DNA of 45,757 nt, from the NCBI RefSeq assembly GCF_001194135.2, contig NC_068997.1, forward strand, positions 40,900,072-40,945,828, read 5' to 3'. The notes beneath the pieces were generated by a model. The model was not told the origin of the DNA. It saw nothing but the letters and a program-made list of their open reading frames with translations, and searched no databases. The DNA is from Octopus bimaculoides. Taxonomy: Eukaryota. Every line of letters starts with the position of its first letter. The first letter of the stretch is position 1. Positions 11,860-23,750 of the stretch are shown piece after piece. The translations under genes were made by a program, and so were the position numbers.

Positions 11860-12000
11860 CTTAAAGAATACATTAGGTCAATGTAGCCTCTTGGTATACA
11901 AAAAGACGGGATAGTCACGACTGGAACTTCTTTGATCTTGGGTCTGCTCGATCTTTGGTCTGCTTAATCACTGCTGTCCTAGAGCTAAACAACAAAATAT
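11860..12000 (+). mobile_element. Interspersed repeat tail, family D (aaaagacgggat.gtca.g.ctggaa...tttgatc...gctaaacaac)
   Basis: Related diverged copies near 19240-19325, 22785-22880, 29540-29625 and 45390-45470. Confidence 0.65.
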
Positions 12001-12197
12001 AGCATGAATTTTGTATCGCTGAATGGGAAATTGCAACAGAATAATTACACGGAAAGGACATATTAAATAACGCATTCCCTTCATAAATCCTAAAACTACT
12101 GACGGCCACAACTGGAAACAAATAGTTTTCGCCGGGAGCTAAGCCACGAAATTAATTCTACACTATAAGCAGCGGGAACACTATAAAATTTATGGAT

Positions 12198-12419
12198 GCT
12201 TCGTTGCCTTAAAGGCCATATTCAGCCCATATATTTTATCTGTTTTATGTTCAAACTGGTCGGGTCCAACCTCTCACACCAATCCTACAATGTCGTTCTA
12301 GAAATAAAGAATCACATCGTTGAAATCTCGAAGTTATGAGAGAATGCAAAATTAATTGAAAGCAATGGGAATGAATAAGCATTACATCTGATTGAGTAAT
12401 CTGAATGTTAAAGAGTTAA
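12198..12419 (+). mobile_element. piggyBac-like TTAA MITE, one end truncated
   Basis: Ends in gagtaatctgaatgttaaagag-TTAA; an inverted diverged copy at 15124-15320 begins with TTAA. Confidence 0.6.
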
Positions 12420-12819
12420 GGTATTGAATTCACTTCCTTTTGTGGTAAAAAGGGTAGCTGCGAAAGAGCAAAAATCCTTACCCAGGAAAAAGTTGTTTCT
12501 CACCAACTTGATGCTAAAATCCCGAGGAAGATCCAATAGATCCTAGTCATTCGTGAAAAAGACGTATTAGATTCTTAAATTCATTCTTATTCTCATTCAT
12601 TCTCTTCTTCCCAATCCGTTCATTTTTCCCTCTATCTTACCATACGACGCCATTCAAATTCATTCTTTCTGCTTTTCCCTATCCCTTTCTGTCTACTTCC
12701 CCGGCATAATTTCTTTCCCCAACACCCTTCTTCTATCTCCCACCTTGTTTTTCTCTCTTTTGCCTCTTCCCCTTACTATAATAACAAATGTATATCATAG
12801 TACACAATCTATATTTGTG

Positions 12820-12985
12820 CATATGTGTGTGTGCGTGTGTTTATGTGTGTGTATGTGTTTATGTGTGTTTATATGTGTGTATGTGCGTGCGTGCGTTCGT
12901 GCATGCGTACGTGCATGTATATGTTTGTATCTATATGCATATGTATGTATAATATGGGTGTATATGTATGTGTGTTTGTATGCGC

Positions 12986-13020
<35 letters not shown>

Positions 13021-13034
13021 CGAGCGTGTGTCTA

Positions 13035-13067
<33 letters not shown>

Positions 13068-13165
13068 GCATATGCGCGTGTAGGTGTACATACATACATA
13101 TATACATACATACATACATACATGCATACATACATACATACATACATACATACATACATACATAC
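12820..13165. repeat. Compound microsatellite (TG/TATG)-(TA)n-(TACA)n
   Basis: Direct reading. Confidence 0.95.
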
Positions 13166-13578
13166 ATCACACAGATCCTGTGTATGTGCGTATATAAGCG
13201 ACCACCTACCGACCTACTTTTACACTCACGCAGTTATCGTCTGCAAACATCACTGTCGTTTTTTATCATTCCCTTCCTTCTGTGTATCGCTAATTTTTCT
13301 ACTAAACTTAAATTTCCAGGCCAACAAACAATGTTCTGCTCGTTTCTTCTTCCCCATTCCAATGTTACTTAATCAGTATCAAATAATAAAAATGAAAAGA
13401 GAGGCGTTTCTTTTTCGCCCCCTGATCACATTGTTTTGTCGTGTTAACAGACTTACACAATAAATAACAGAAATATATTCGCATATATTTGTCTAGAGAA
13501 TTAAGCAGGCGCACATACGCAAAATTAGACGTAAACACGCATCTATACATACACGCTTATACACTTAAATATTTTAAT

Positions 13579-13682
13579 CTAGCTAGCAAGTTAAATTGCT
13601 AGATTGATAGATAGGTAGCTACCTAGCTAGCAAGTTAAATTGCTAGATTGATAGATAGGTAGCTACCTAGCTAGCAAGTTAA
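13579..13682. repeat. 44-bp tandem repeat, about 2.4 copies
   Basis: Unit ctagctagcaagttaaattgctagattgatagataggtagctac at 13579 and 13623, partial at 13667. Confidence 0.95.
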
Positions 13683-13699
13683 CGCGTCAGCTCATTTAT

Positions 13700-13727
13700 C
13701 TATCCATCCATCCATCCATCCATCCAT

Positions 13728-13790
<63 letters not shown>

Positions 13791-13830
13791 CCTATTTATC
13801 TATCTATCTATCTATCTATATATCTATCTT

Positions 13831-13878
<48 letters not shown>

Positions 13879-13894
13879 CATAGATAGATAGATA
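13700..13894. repeat. (ATCC)n-(ATCT)n then (GATA)n inverted microsatellite
   Basis: Strand polarity flips at 13830. Confidence 0.95.
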
Positions 13895-14149
13895 AACACA
13901 CCGTAACCAAGAATAGAGGGGTAAAGACTACAATTCTGACTCATTCCATTCCGTGTGGTGTCGCCTCATTCGTCTATGTGACCCATGGAAATATGTCGGC
14001 TGGTGTTCAGACATCCTAGAGTGAGGTCAAGTGTGGTGAACAGGTTAGCGATTACTAGATATGACATATATCTTTTAAGCCTTTTTTTTTATTCAGTCAC
14101 TGGACTGCGGTCATGCTGAGGCACCACACACACACACACATACATACAT

Positions 14150-14184
<35 letters not shown>

Positions 14185-14453
14185 TTCTCTCAGCTATGGT
14201 CAGCCTTTCAGTTAGACCGATCGACTGCAGGTTATGGATTGGGTGGTCACTAGTCTTATAGTTTATCTTTTAGTCCAAATCTAAGTGACATCGCATGTTC
14301 TTGCTTTCATAAATCACTAGATGTTAGGTAGCCTAATGTTGATGATGCTGTTGATGATGAAGATCATGGTCATCATTATCATCATCATCATAATGAGAAA
14401 AATATATATTAATGTTTGCTTTATGTGTATGTATGTATGTATGTATGCACACG

Positions 14454-14492
<39 letters not shown>

Positions 14493-14780
14493 TTTATGGC
14501 TGTGTGGTGAAGGATTTCGTCTCGCAACTGTTTCCGGATTCAATCCCTCTCCAAAAGACTGTGTTACACCAAAGGTTTTGCGAATAGAATTTTGTGTATG
14601 AAAACTTTGCAGAGGCCAGTCGTTTAGTGGTTGAAATACATTGAATCTATATTTGACAGTATAAAGTTACAGTGGGTTTAGTTTTATAGGTAAAATATAG
14701 CGGACCTAGTTGAATAGATAGGAGATTTCTCTGGCTGCTTTGATTCAATAGACAATTTAATAATTTATATATTAGATTAA

Positions 14781-14960
14781 GGCGGCGAACTGGCAGAATC
14801 GTTATCACCCCGGGCGAAATGCTAAACGGCATTTCAACCGTCTCTAAGTTCTGAATTCAAATTTCACTGAGGTCGACTTTGCCTTTCATCCTTTGAGGAT
14901 CAATGGAATAAGGACCAATTGGACACTGGGGGTTGATGCCAAAAATTTCTGGCTTTGTGC
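14781..14960 (+). mobile_element. SINE family B
   Basis: ggcggcgaactggcagaatcgtt...gaggtcgactttgcctttcatcc. Confidence 0.9.
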
Positions 14961-15123
14961 TAATATTCAGAATCAATATCTATATTTCAGTTCTCACAAA
15001 GACGTCAGAACACTATTTCAACTACTGTATTAATGGTCAACTCAAGGCACTGTAAAATTAGAACTTGTTTTTAAAGTCCAAAAAGCAATGACGTTTTATT
15101 GTAAACCTTTTTACTCAGCTTCT

Positions 15124-15320
15124 TTAACCTTTTCTCCTTCCATTACTCTGCAAAATCTAATGCTTATTTATTCACATTGTCTTGAAATAAACATGTTTTC
15201 TTGTAGCTTTGAGATTTTGATGGTATGATGGTTTGTTTTTTAGAATGACATTGTGAGAGGCCCGATCTGGGCAGTTTGAACTTAGAAAAGGTAGAATATT
15301 AGGGGTTGACAAATGCTTAA
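15124..15320 (-). mobile_element. piggyBac-like TTAA MITE (same family as 12198-12419)
   Basis: Reverse-complement similarity (tttagaatgacattgtgagag...cagtttgaac); starts at TTAA. Confidence 0.55.
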
Positions 15321-15732
15321 TGATGAAAGTTTTACACCAGCTCAGGTAATGGATCAAATAAACGCACAACGGGGGATGAATCTCATTTATGGTCGACACC
15401 CCTATGGCTTTTCTTATCATATACTTTCTTTTCTATCAATGTAGAACTGATTTAACTTTTGCTTTTATGCTTTAATAATAGACGGAAAGGTAGAGTGCCT
15501 ATGAACCGCTATGAAACATTATACAAGCAAAATTGTTTTAAAATAGATTTTCATTGTTTTGGGGTGTTTTCCGTATTTTCTGACATCCAACTTGAATTTC
15601 CAGACAAAAATTTACAGCCAAACAAGGTAGATCGACTTAGACATCAAGACGACTTTGGAGAACATAAAATTCCATGTGTAATTCTGCCGGATTTAGAACG
15701 ATAGTGATTATGTTTTATATTTGCACTACATA

Positions 15733-16135
15733 GGCGCAGGAGTGGTTGTGTGGTGAGTAGCTTGCTTACCAACCACATGGTTCTGGGTTCAGTCCCACTG
15801 CGTGGCACCTTGGGCAAGTGTCTTCTACTATATCCTCGGGCCGACCAAAGCCTTGTGAGTGGATTTGGTAGACGGAAACTGAAAGAAGCCCATCGTATAT
15901 ATGTATATATGTATATGTGTGTGTTTGTGTGTCTGTGTTTGTCCCCCCACCACCACCACCAACATCGTTTGACACCCGATGCTGATGTGTTTACGTCCCC
16001 GTAACCTAGCAGTTCGGCAAAAAGAGACAGATAGAATAAGGCCCGGGGTCGATTTGTTCGACTAAAAGGTGGTGCTCCAGCATGACCGCAGTCAAATGAC
16101 TGAAACAAGTAAAAGAATAAAAGAATAAAAGAATA
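15733..16135 (+). mobile_element. SINE family A, full length
   Basis: tRNA-like head with A box (tggttgtgtggt) and B box (gggttcagtccc), CORE-like ccttgggcaagt, internal TA/TG tract, (aaagaat)n tail, probable degenerate 16-bp TSD. Confidence 0.95.
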
Positions 16136-17051
16136 CATGTTTACACTACACATTTCGTCGACTTACAATGCTGGAAAATATGGTAAGCTCAGAGTCTAAC
16201 TTCTCAATGTCAGGAATAATTTTTTATTAGTCTTCCCTTTCCGATATAAGAATTCAGAGATTTATGGCAATATTTAGCAAACAGTTCGGAAGCTCAGTAT
16301 ATAGCAGCAAAGTTTATGAATAATAAATTGATCCAATTTATCTATCACTACAGTAATTTTCATATAAATTGTTTCAATTTGGCTGTACAGAAATAGGTAA
16401 GGTGTCCGGAAATCTTTATGATGTGCGAGAATAAAGTTATAATTACGAAATGCTGTATCTTGGGAGGGTCGTTACACCAATAATGAACACATGCACTGAT
16501 CCTATTTCACTTCTTTTATTATTATTTGCCATCAAGCTAACCACTTAACCAATTAGCTAATCTATTGTTTCCTTAATCGTTCGGTCAATCAATCAGTCAG
16601 TCAGCTTGGTTAATCAGAGTCCTTCGCCACCAGCCAGCACATCAATGACACGCGTGAAACAGACATAGAACAGAGATACATGATACAGCAAAATGGAGCA
16701 TATGACTAGTTATGGCCGATATCGAGGCGATCCATTTAATGTAGACTTAATTACATTATACCATAAAGAAAGAGCAGATAATCACAGCTGAAACACCTTT
16801 GATCAGTGGGTTGGGATGATATGAAGTTAAACCTCAGCAACACAAGAAATACAACAAGTTCCGGCGCAAGGAAGTGCATGGTCCAGTTAGAGAATTGTCA
16901 GTGGGGCACTCTACTCTACAAATACTGAGGATTGATGTTTTATGCTTCGCGAGGTACGCAGTCTCAGCCAAAAGCGTTGAGGGATTGATGCTCAACCATT
17001 AGCCACATTGATATGCTAAAAATTCATCATAGCGTCCTCCGCTCGAGAGTG

Positions 17052-17175
17052 TGCGCGGGACCCTCTCTTGGCACGGAACCTACACTTGGCGCAGGATCCT
17101 CTCATGGCGCGGGACTCTCTCTTGGCGCGAGGCCCTCTCTTGGCAGGGACCCCCTTTTGGCGCGGGGCCCAATTT
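17052..17175. repeat. GC-rich 18-bp minisatellite, about 7 units
   Basis: Consensus ggcgcgggaccctctctt. Confidence 0.9.
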
Positions 17176-17594
17176 GTAAATTTGTCTTATTGGCTTAAAA
17201 CCTGAATACAACATTTATCACCACACATACTTTATCATTACACAGACAAACGTTGCAGACAAAAGAAGCCAAATAACTGTATGACCAATGAGCTGGGTTT
17301 CTTATGGGGCTTGCCACAACAACAACAACCAAATCTCTTCAATTTACACGTAAGCATCTTAAAAGGAAAATGACATTAGATTAGAGTGAGGGCCTGGATG
17401 CACTGCGCCGAATAAAAGAGGTGGTCGCTGGAATACTTTTCATTGCAGGTCTGTTCAATCAGAAATGACTTAGTGCGAAACAACATTAACCGCCAGCACA
17501 AAAGTACTGAAAGTATGTATTCTGGTAGTTATCATGGCATATATGAAATGTCCATCAAGATCTAATTTTTTTAGGACTATATTATATGTTTATT

Positions 17595-17757
17595 TCTGTG
17601 CACTTCATTTCACGTTGCTCCAGTCCACTCAGCTGGCAAAAATGAGTAACACTGCGATGGACTGGCATCCCGTCCAGCTGGGGGGGGGGGGAACACATAC
17701 GCTATAGAAACCGGGAAACCGAGCCCATGAGCCTAGCTAGGCTTTAAAAGGGCGCAG
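17595..17757 (+). mobile_element. SINE family C 3' half (CORE-like block plus tail X)
   Basis: ttcacgttgctccagtccactcagctggcaaaaatgagta then gcgatggactggcatcccgtccagc...gaaaccgggaaacc. Confidence 0.85.
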
Positions 17758-18066
17758 TGGAGGCGCAATGGCCCAGTGGTCAGGACAGCGGACTCGCGGT
17801 CGGAGGATCGCGGTTTCGATTCCCAGACCGGGTGTTGTGTGTGTTTATTGAGCGAAACCGCCTAAAGCTCCACGAAGTTCCGGCAGGGGGTGGTGGCGAC
17901 CCCTGTTGTACTCTTTCGCCCCAACTTTCTCTCACTTTTTGTTCCTGTTTCTTGAGTAACGCTGTGATGGACTGGCGTCCCGTCCAGCTGGGGTGGGGGG
18001 GACACATACGCCATTGAAACCGGGAAACCGGGCCCATGAGCCTGGCTAGGCTTTGAAAGGGCGCAA
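17758..18066 (+). mobile_element. Young CpG-rich tRNA-derived SINE with a distinct body and tail X
   Basis: A box TGGCCCAGTGG at 17769-17779, B box ggtttcgattcc at 17812-17823; tail matches 17640-17757. Confidence 0.9.
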
Positions 18067-18084
18067 AAGAAAAAAAGTTTGTTT

Positions 18085-18500
18085 CTGTGGCTGTGTGGTA
18101 AGAAGTTTGCTTCCCAATACCATGGTTCTGGCATCTTGGGCAAGTGTCTTCATTATAGACTCGGACTGACCAAAGCCTTGTAAATGGATTTGGTGGATGG
18201 AATCTGAAAGAAGCCCGAAGTTTACATGTGTGTGTGCGTGTGCGTGTGAGTGTGTGTACACGCAACTTTATGTCTATGTTTGTGGTCTACCACAGATTGA
18301 CAACCAGTGTTGCTTTTTTTTTTCTTTTTTACCATCTGTAATTTAGCGGTTTCACAAAAAAACTGATAGAAAAAGTTTCAGGTTTTATTTAATAAAAAAA
18401 AGTTCTGGGATCAATCCTTTCGACTAAAACCCTCAAGGGTTTTAGTCTAATAAAACTCTCAAGGCCCCCGCATGGCCGCAAATCTAAAGACTGCTGTACA
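18085..18500 (+). mobile_element. SINE family A, diverged
   Basis: gtggctgtgtggtaagaagtttgcttcccaa...catggccgcaaatctaaagactg. Confidence 0.85.
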
Positions 18501-18842
18501 GAGGAATAGAATCAGAAAACACGATAGCAAAGCGAAATTCTTTACCACACAGTCATTTAAAGAAGTATCTGGATTTTTTCAGCCAGCAAGGCATAAAACC
18601 CACGATGTAATATGACCGAGTACAAACTTTACCGGGCGAAATTGCAAGTCTGTCGTCTGCTTGACCAGTTTCAGATGTAAAGATTGAAAAGCAGCAGACA
18701 AATTGATAATTTTACGAAGATTAAAATGGTTTTAGACTTTTAACTTTGTCCAATATTATAATGAAGAAAGAATAATAATTATATAGAATTGGGTTAAAAT
18801 TGCGCATTTCTTCTTTTTTTTTTTGGTGGGGCTGCTATTTAC

Positions 18843-19062
18843 CATACATACATACATGCATGCATGCATACATATGAACATACGAACATACATACATACA
18901 TACGTACATACATACATACATACGTACATACATACATACATACATACACATGCATGCATACATGCATACATACACATATACATACATGCATACATACATA
19001 TACACATACACACGCGCGCACGCACGCACACACACATACATACATACATACATACATACATA
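18843..19062. repeat. (CATA)n compound microsatellite
   Basis: Direct reading. Confidence 0.95.
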
Positions 19063-19857
19063 TGACACCAGTGTGATAGATGAACTAACTATGGAACATA
19101 TACGAGGTCGCTAGAAATAGCAGTCAAAATAGAAATAGTAGAAACAGAATAGTGATTGCTAGAAATAATAGTAAAATCATATCCCTGCTACTTTAAAAAC
19201 GGAAATGAAAAATTAAATAATGTAATCGTTAGGCACCACGAAATGGAACGTGATGGCCAAGGCTGGAATGCTCCTGATCATAAATTTGCTTGATCAAAGT
19301 AGACCTGGAGCAAAAACAAAAAAAAAATACAACTGCTTCTATGAAGTACAAAGTTGTTATTTATTTACTGAAATAATTTACAACTTTAAACACTTTGAAA
19401 AGTGTGAAATAATTCAATGAATACGGTAACACAAAGTCTACCGACAAAGAATGTCTGTCTAAACGTGGGTGAGAAATAACACCTCGGGCCGCAAATCTGA
19501 TGGCTGAGTCATCGCCACAACGGACACACCCTTCACGTAGTTAGTACTCCTGTTCAAGCTCATACGTTTTCCTGCAGACAGATAAATCTGAAGTAGTTGT
19601 GTGCGTTCTTTATAAATGGTATTTGACCTACTCCCCTCAGTCGCCTCTGCTTCGACTACACTTTTATGTGTGTCTAGCACAACTGTCACAGTCTCAAACA
19701 CACCGCTCAGATACTAATAATTATATTACAACTTAGAGCCAGTTCAAAAAAATACCTCCCTCCTACAGCTGTTTAACTAAATATTCATGTAACTTAGCAA
19801 CTTCCTACTAGGGAAGGGAATTCTCCGATTCACTACACACACACACACATACACACA

Positions 19858-19898
<41 letters not shown>

Positions 19899-20184
19899 AA
19901 ACACACACGCACTCTCTCTCTCACTGTCACACACACACACACGGGCGTGTGCTAGCTCAAGTATACAAACATTGTATACAGACACATCTGTATGTGTCTG
20001 TATGAGTGAGTGTGTGTGTGTGAGTGTGTGTGCGCGTGCATATATGTGTATATTTTTCTATGCGCAGAGATATAAAATATGTGAGATTTATTTTTATTTT
20101 TCAAAAAGATTTTAATCCTGTGGGGAGGGGCTGTACCTCTACTTTTTGCAGTCCCACCCAGTCTGAGCGTGTAAATGTAATTAC

Positions 20185-20195
20185 ATGTGTGTGTG

Positions 20196-20287
<92 letters not shown>

Positions 20288-20660
20288 TGTATGTGTGTGT
20301 GTGTGTGCGCGCGCGCCTATGTGTGTAAGTATGCGTGATTATGCATATATATGTGTCTGTATGTATGTATGTATATATACACACATATATATGTGTGTGT
20401 GTATCTATATATACATACATACATATATATATACATATATATACACACACCTATATATAGACAAACATATATATATACATTATATGAATACGTGTGAGTA
20501 TACATGCGTGGAGATAGTTGGAAACAGTATGTGTGTCTGTGTGTATATATATAAGTCTGTGTATATGTGTGTGTGTGTGTAAACGTGTGTGTGTGTGTGT
20601 GTGTGTGTAGCTACATCAGTATCTGTAACCCTCATACATACATACATACATACATACATA
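20185..20660. repeat. (TG)n and mixed TA/TG/CATA microsatellite block
   Basis: Direct reading. Confidence 0.95.
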
Positions 20661-22024
20661 CATGTGCACATACGTACATACGTACGATCTATACTAAATG
20701 CGCTAGTGGGAATATATAGACAGGCACGATCAGAGTTTGTATTAGTGTAGGTATGCATGTATATATGCGTATACACAAGCGATATATGTTTATGTATGCA
20801 TATAAATGTCTTAGCTATCTGTATAATCTGACCATATATATAAATAACTCTTGTAAACGTCAAGCCGATGCTGTCATTGATTTCCGACTAGATCCAGGGT
20901 CCTTTCATTGTAGCTTGAAACTGTTTCTTCAGTTGGACCTTAAAGCGGAAGTAAGAAGTCGTCATTCGAAAAGTAGCTTACACTGACATATTTAAGTAGT
21001 ATATCCAGAATATGATGTATATAACAAAAACGAGGAACCTTCCATAAGAGAAACTTTATGTACAAATACATAAATACCGCTAAACACATAAATGTCTCTG
21101 CTGAGTGAATTGCTTATACAGTAAATGGATCTCCGTTCGATTCGACGAATAAATACTCAGTTGATCGATCAACGGAAATACCTGCTCACTGGAATAAGCG
21201 TAACTAATCGAGTATTTCACAGACTTGTATACCAATAAATAATATAGATAACTCTTAGGCAGAATCGGCATGAGATTGTGTGTGATACGGATTGGATATT
21301 GAATCACTGCAATAAATCTATCTGATGCACTTCAAAAGAGTTGTAAGTCGAGGGTTAACTCGGGTACATGAGAAAGGACACTTGTCCCAAGATACCACTC
21401 GGATGGATCGAACAAGGGGTTTTGTAATTGCGAAGTGAAGTTCTTAACTATTCGAATTTTTAAAAAAACACTCCTTTTATAAGTACTTTTATTTTGATGC
21501 CTAGTTTAGTTATACAGCGTAACATATCCTTTTTTATCTTATTTTATTTTTTTTATTTTTTGTCTTTGGTCAGTAAGTGTTATTCCCTATTCGAATCTAT
21601 CTTGAAATCAAAGGAAATGACTATTATTTCCTTCTAACTTTACTTTTGTAACCTGGACGTCAATGTTTTGAAGCTCATCTATTTTTCATTACCTTTCAGA
21701 CAGATTCACCGCTGAGTTGCTGAAGCAGAAATATCATTATAGCAAATATTCCGGCTCAACACCACAGATTTGCTCGTCAGCTGCTTGACCTTCACCACTT
21801 GAGCATGTCTCTTGGTGGGTGACAATATGTGCATCTCTAATCATGAGTAGAAGTAGTGGGGTGGCGCATCTACACCATGTGTTGAGAAGGGTTCTTTGGG
21901 GGGTTGAATAAATGTAGGAAAAGCAACGTTTGAACAAAATATAACCCATTTTTCATACTTTCTAGGGGTAAACAAATACGAAATAACAGTTGCAAATATT
22001 TTGCTGCACAGTGTTATATAGGTA

Positions 22025-22260
22025 AAATGAAGGTAAAGTTAACTTCTCGAGTCATGCTGACTCATAAGAGCCGGTTTCCCGCTTCCCTGGTGTATATATT
22101 CCCCACCTGGATGGGATGCCGGTCCGTCGCAGGATTACTCTTTTTTGCCAGCTGAGTGGACTGGATCAATGTGAAATGAAGTGTTGTCCGGTCCAGGAAA
22201 CGAAAGCACAACCTTACGATCATGAGTCCAGCATCCTATCCACAAAGCCACGCGCTTCGA
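22025..22260 (-). mobile_element. SINE family C
   Basis: Reverse complement contains ccagtccactcagctggcaaaaaagagtaatcctgcgacggaccggcatcccatccagg. Confidence 0.8.
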
Positions 22261-22302
22261 CACAGAGTTATTTAGGCGTGGGCATAGTTGTTTGGTTTAG
22301 AA

Positions 22303-22549
22303 CAGTTGTTCTTAGCCTATGGGCTCCTTTGATTTCTGTTTTACTCAGTAGGACCCCTATAGCAATTGAATGCATTAAAAAAAATATCCTACTGTATTTT
22401 TTGTGATTAAATATTTTGGGGAATTGTAAAAAAAAGAATTAAAATATTTTGCGTTCTGGAGAAGTATAAACAATTTATTGCGCATAAAATTTAACAAAAT
22501 CTTTTTTGAACTTCACAAAGGCCATATGGACCCTGGTTGAGCACCACTA
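22303..22549. mobile_element. hAT (Buster-type) MITE with TIRs and an 8-bp TSD
   Basis: Left cagttgttcttagcc, right ggttgagcaccacta; flanks gtttagaa / gtttggaa (7 of 8 identical, nnnTAnnn). Confidence 0.8.
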
Positions 22550-23019
22550 GTTTGGAAGCTCGCTTTACAACCAAATGTGTGTATATATGTATCCACGCAC
22601 GAATATATATATACCGGTTGTATATATTGAGGCTGAACAGTAACTAAAGCCTTCGTTTCATCAAATATAGCATACATACCTTCACTTAATGATAACTGGT
22701 GAATATGAACCAACGTAGGACCCTCTTCAAAGAGGATGGACACATTATTGTACCATAAAATACAAAATTTGCAAAAAAAAAAAAAAAGACGGAATTGTCA
22801 TGATTGGAACGCCTTTGGTCATAGTTCTTCTCGATCAATGCTGAACTGAGTCAAATTAACTGCAACACAGCACAACAATGATCAACTAGTATACTACTGG
22901 AACGAATGTAAAGGTTTGCTCCCTAAATCCCGTAAGAAATTCTCTCTGCTTCAACCCAGCAATTCATTCATTGGTCAAGAATAGTGGAGCAAAGATGGCC
23001 AAGCGCTTCTTTAATTTGT

Positions 23020-23482
23020 TTCATTCATTAGACTGCAGCCATGCTGGGGGCATCGACTTGAAGACTTGATTGAATCGACATTGCTACCTATTTTTAAAGC
23101 CTCGTACTTGTTCTATCGATCTCTTTTGCCGAACCTCTAAGTTACAGGGGCGTAAACACACCAAAACCGGTTGTGAGGCAGTGGTGGAGGACAAACACAC
23201 ACACACACACACACACATACACACGGATGTGTGTGTAGGTGTGTGTAGGTGTGTGTGTGTGTGTTTGTGTGTGTACGTGTGTTTTTTGTGTGTATGTGTG
23301 TGTGTGTATTTTGTGTGTATGTGTGTGTGTGTATTTTGTGTGTATGTGTGTGTGCGTGCGTGTGCTTGTGTCTCAGCTTCCATCTACCAAATCCACTCAC
23401 AAGGCTTGCCCAAGGTGCCTTGCAGTGGGACTGAACCCGGAACTATGTGGTTGGGAAGCAAACGCCTTACAGCACAGTCATG
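23020..23482 (-). mobile_element. SINE family A, near full length with a long internal microsatellite
   Basis: Reverse complement of tail, body and head. Confidence 0.9.
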
Positions 23483-23542
23483 GCCTAAAGATATAGTTAT
23501 TCATGTTATTACTTTTTAATAGCTTTAAACAAAGAAAAGGAG

Positions 23543-23750
23543 GGCGGTGAGCTGGCAGAATCGGTTGCACGTTGGACAAAATGCTTCGTGATTTTTCTTT
23601 CGCCTTTACGTTCTAAGTTCAAATGATGCTGATGTCGACTTTTCCTTTCATCCTTCCGTAGTCGATAAAATAAGTACCAGATGAGCATTGGAGTCGATGT
23701 CAACCAACTACCCACTCCATTATCACAAGGCTTACGCCTATAATAGAGAA
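23543..23750 (+). mobile_element. SINE family B
   Basis: ggcggtgagctggcagaatcgg...gtcgacttttcctttcatccttcc. Confidence 0.9.

Noticed and set aside
17052-17175. CRISPR-like array
   Set aside because: Contiguous 18-bp units with no unique spacers, eukaryotic context and no cas genes
17758-17830. tRNA gene
   Set aside because: It has A and B boxes but no proper acceptor stem and continues into a SINE body; the same applies to the other SINE heads
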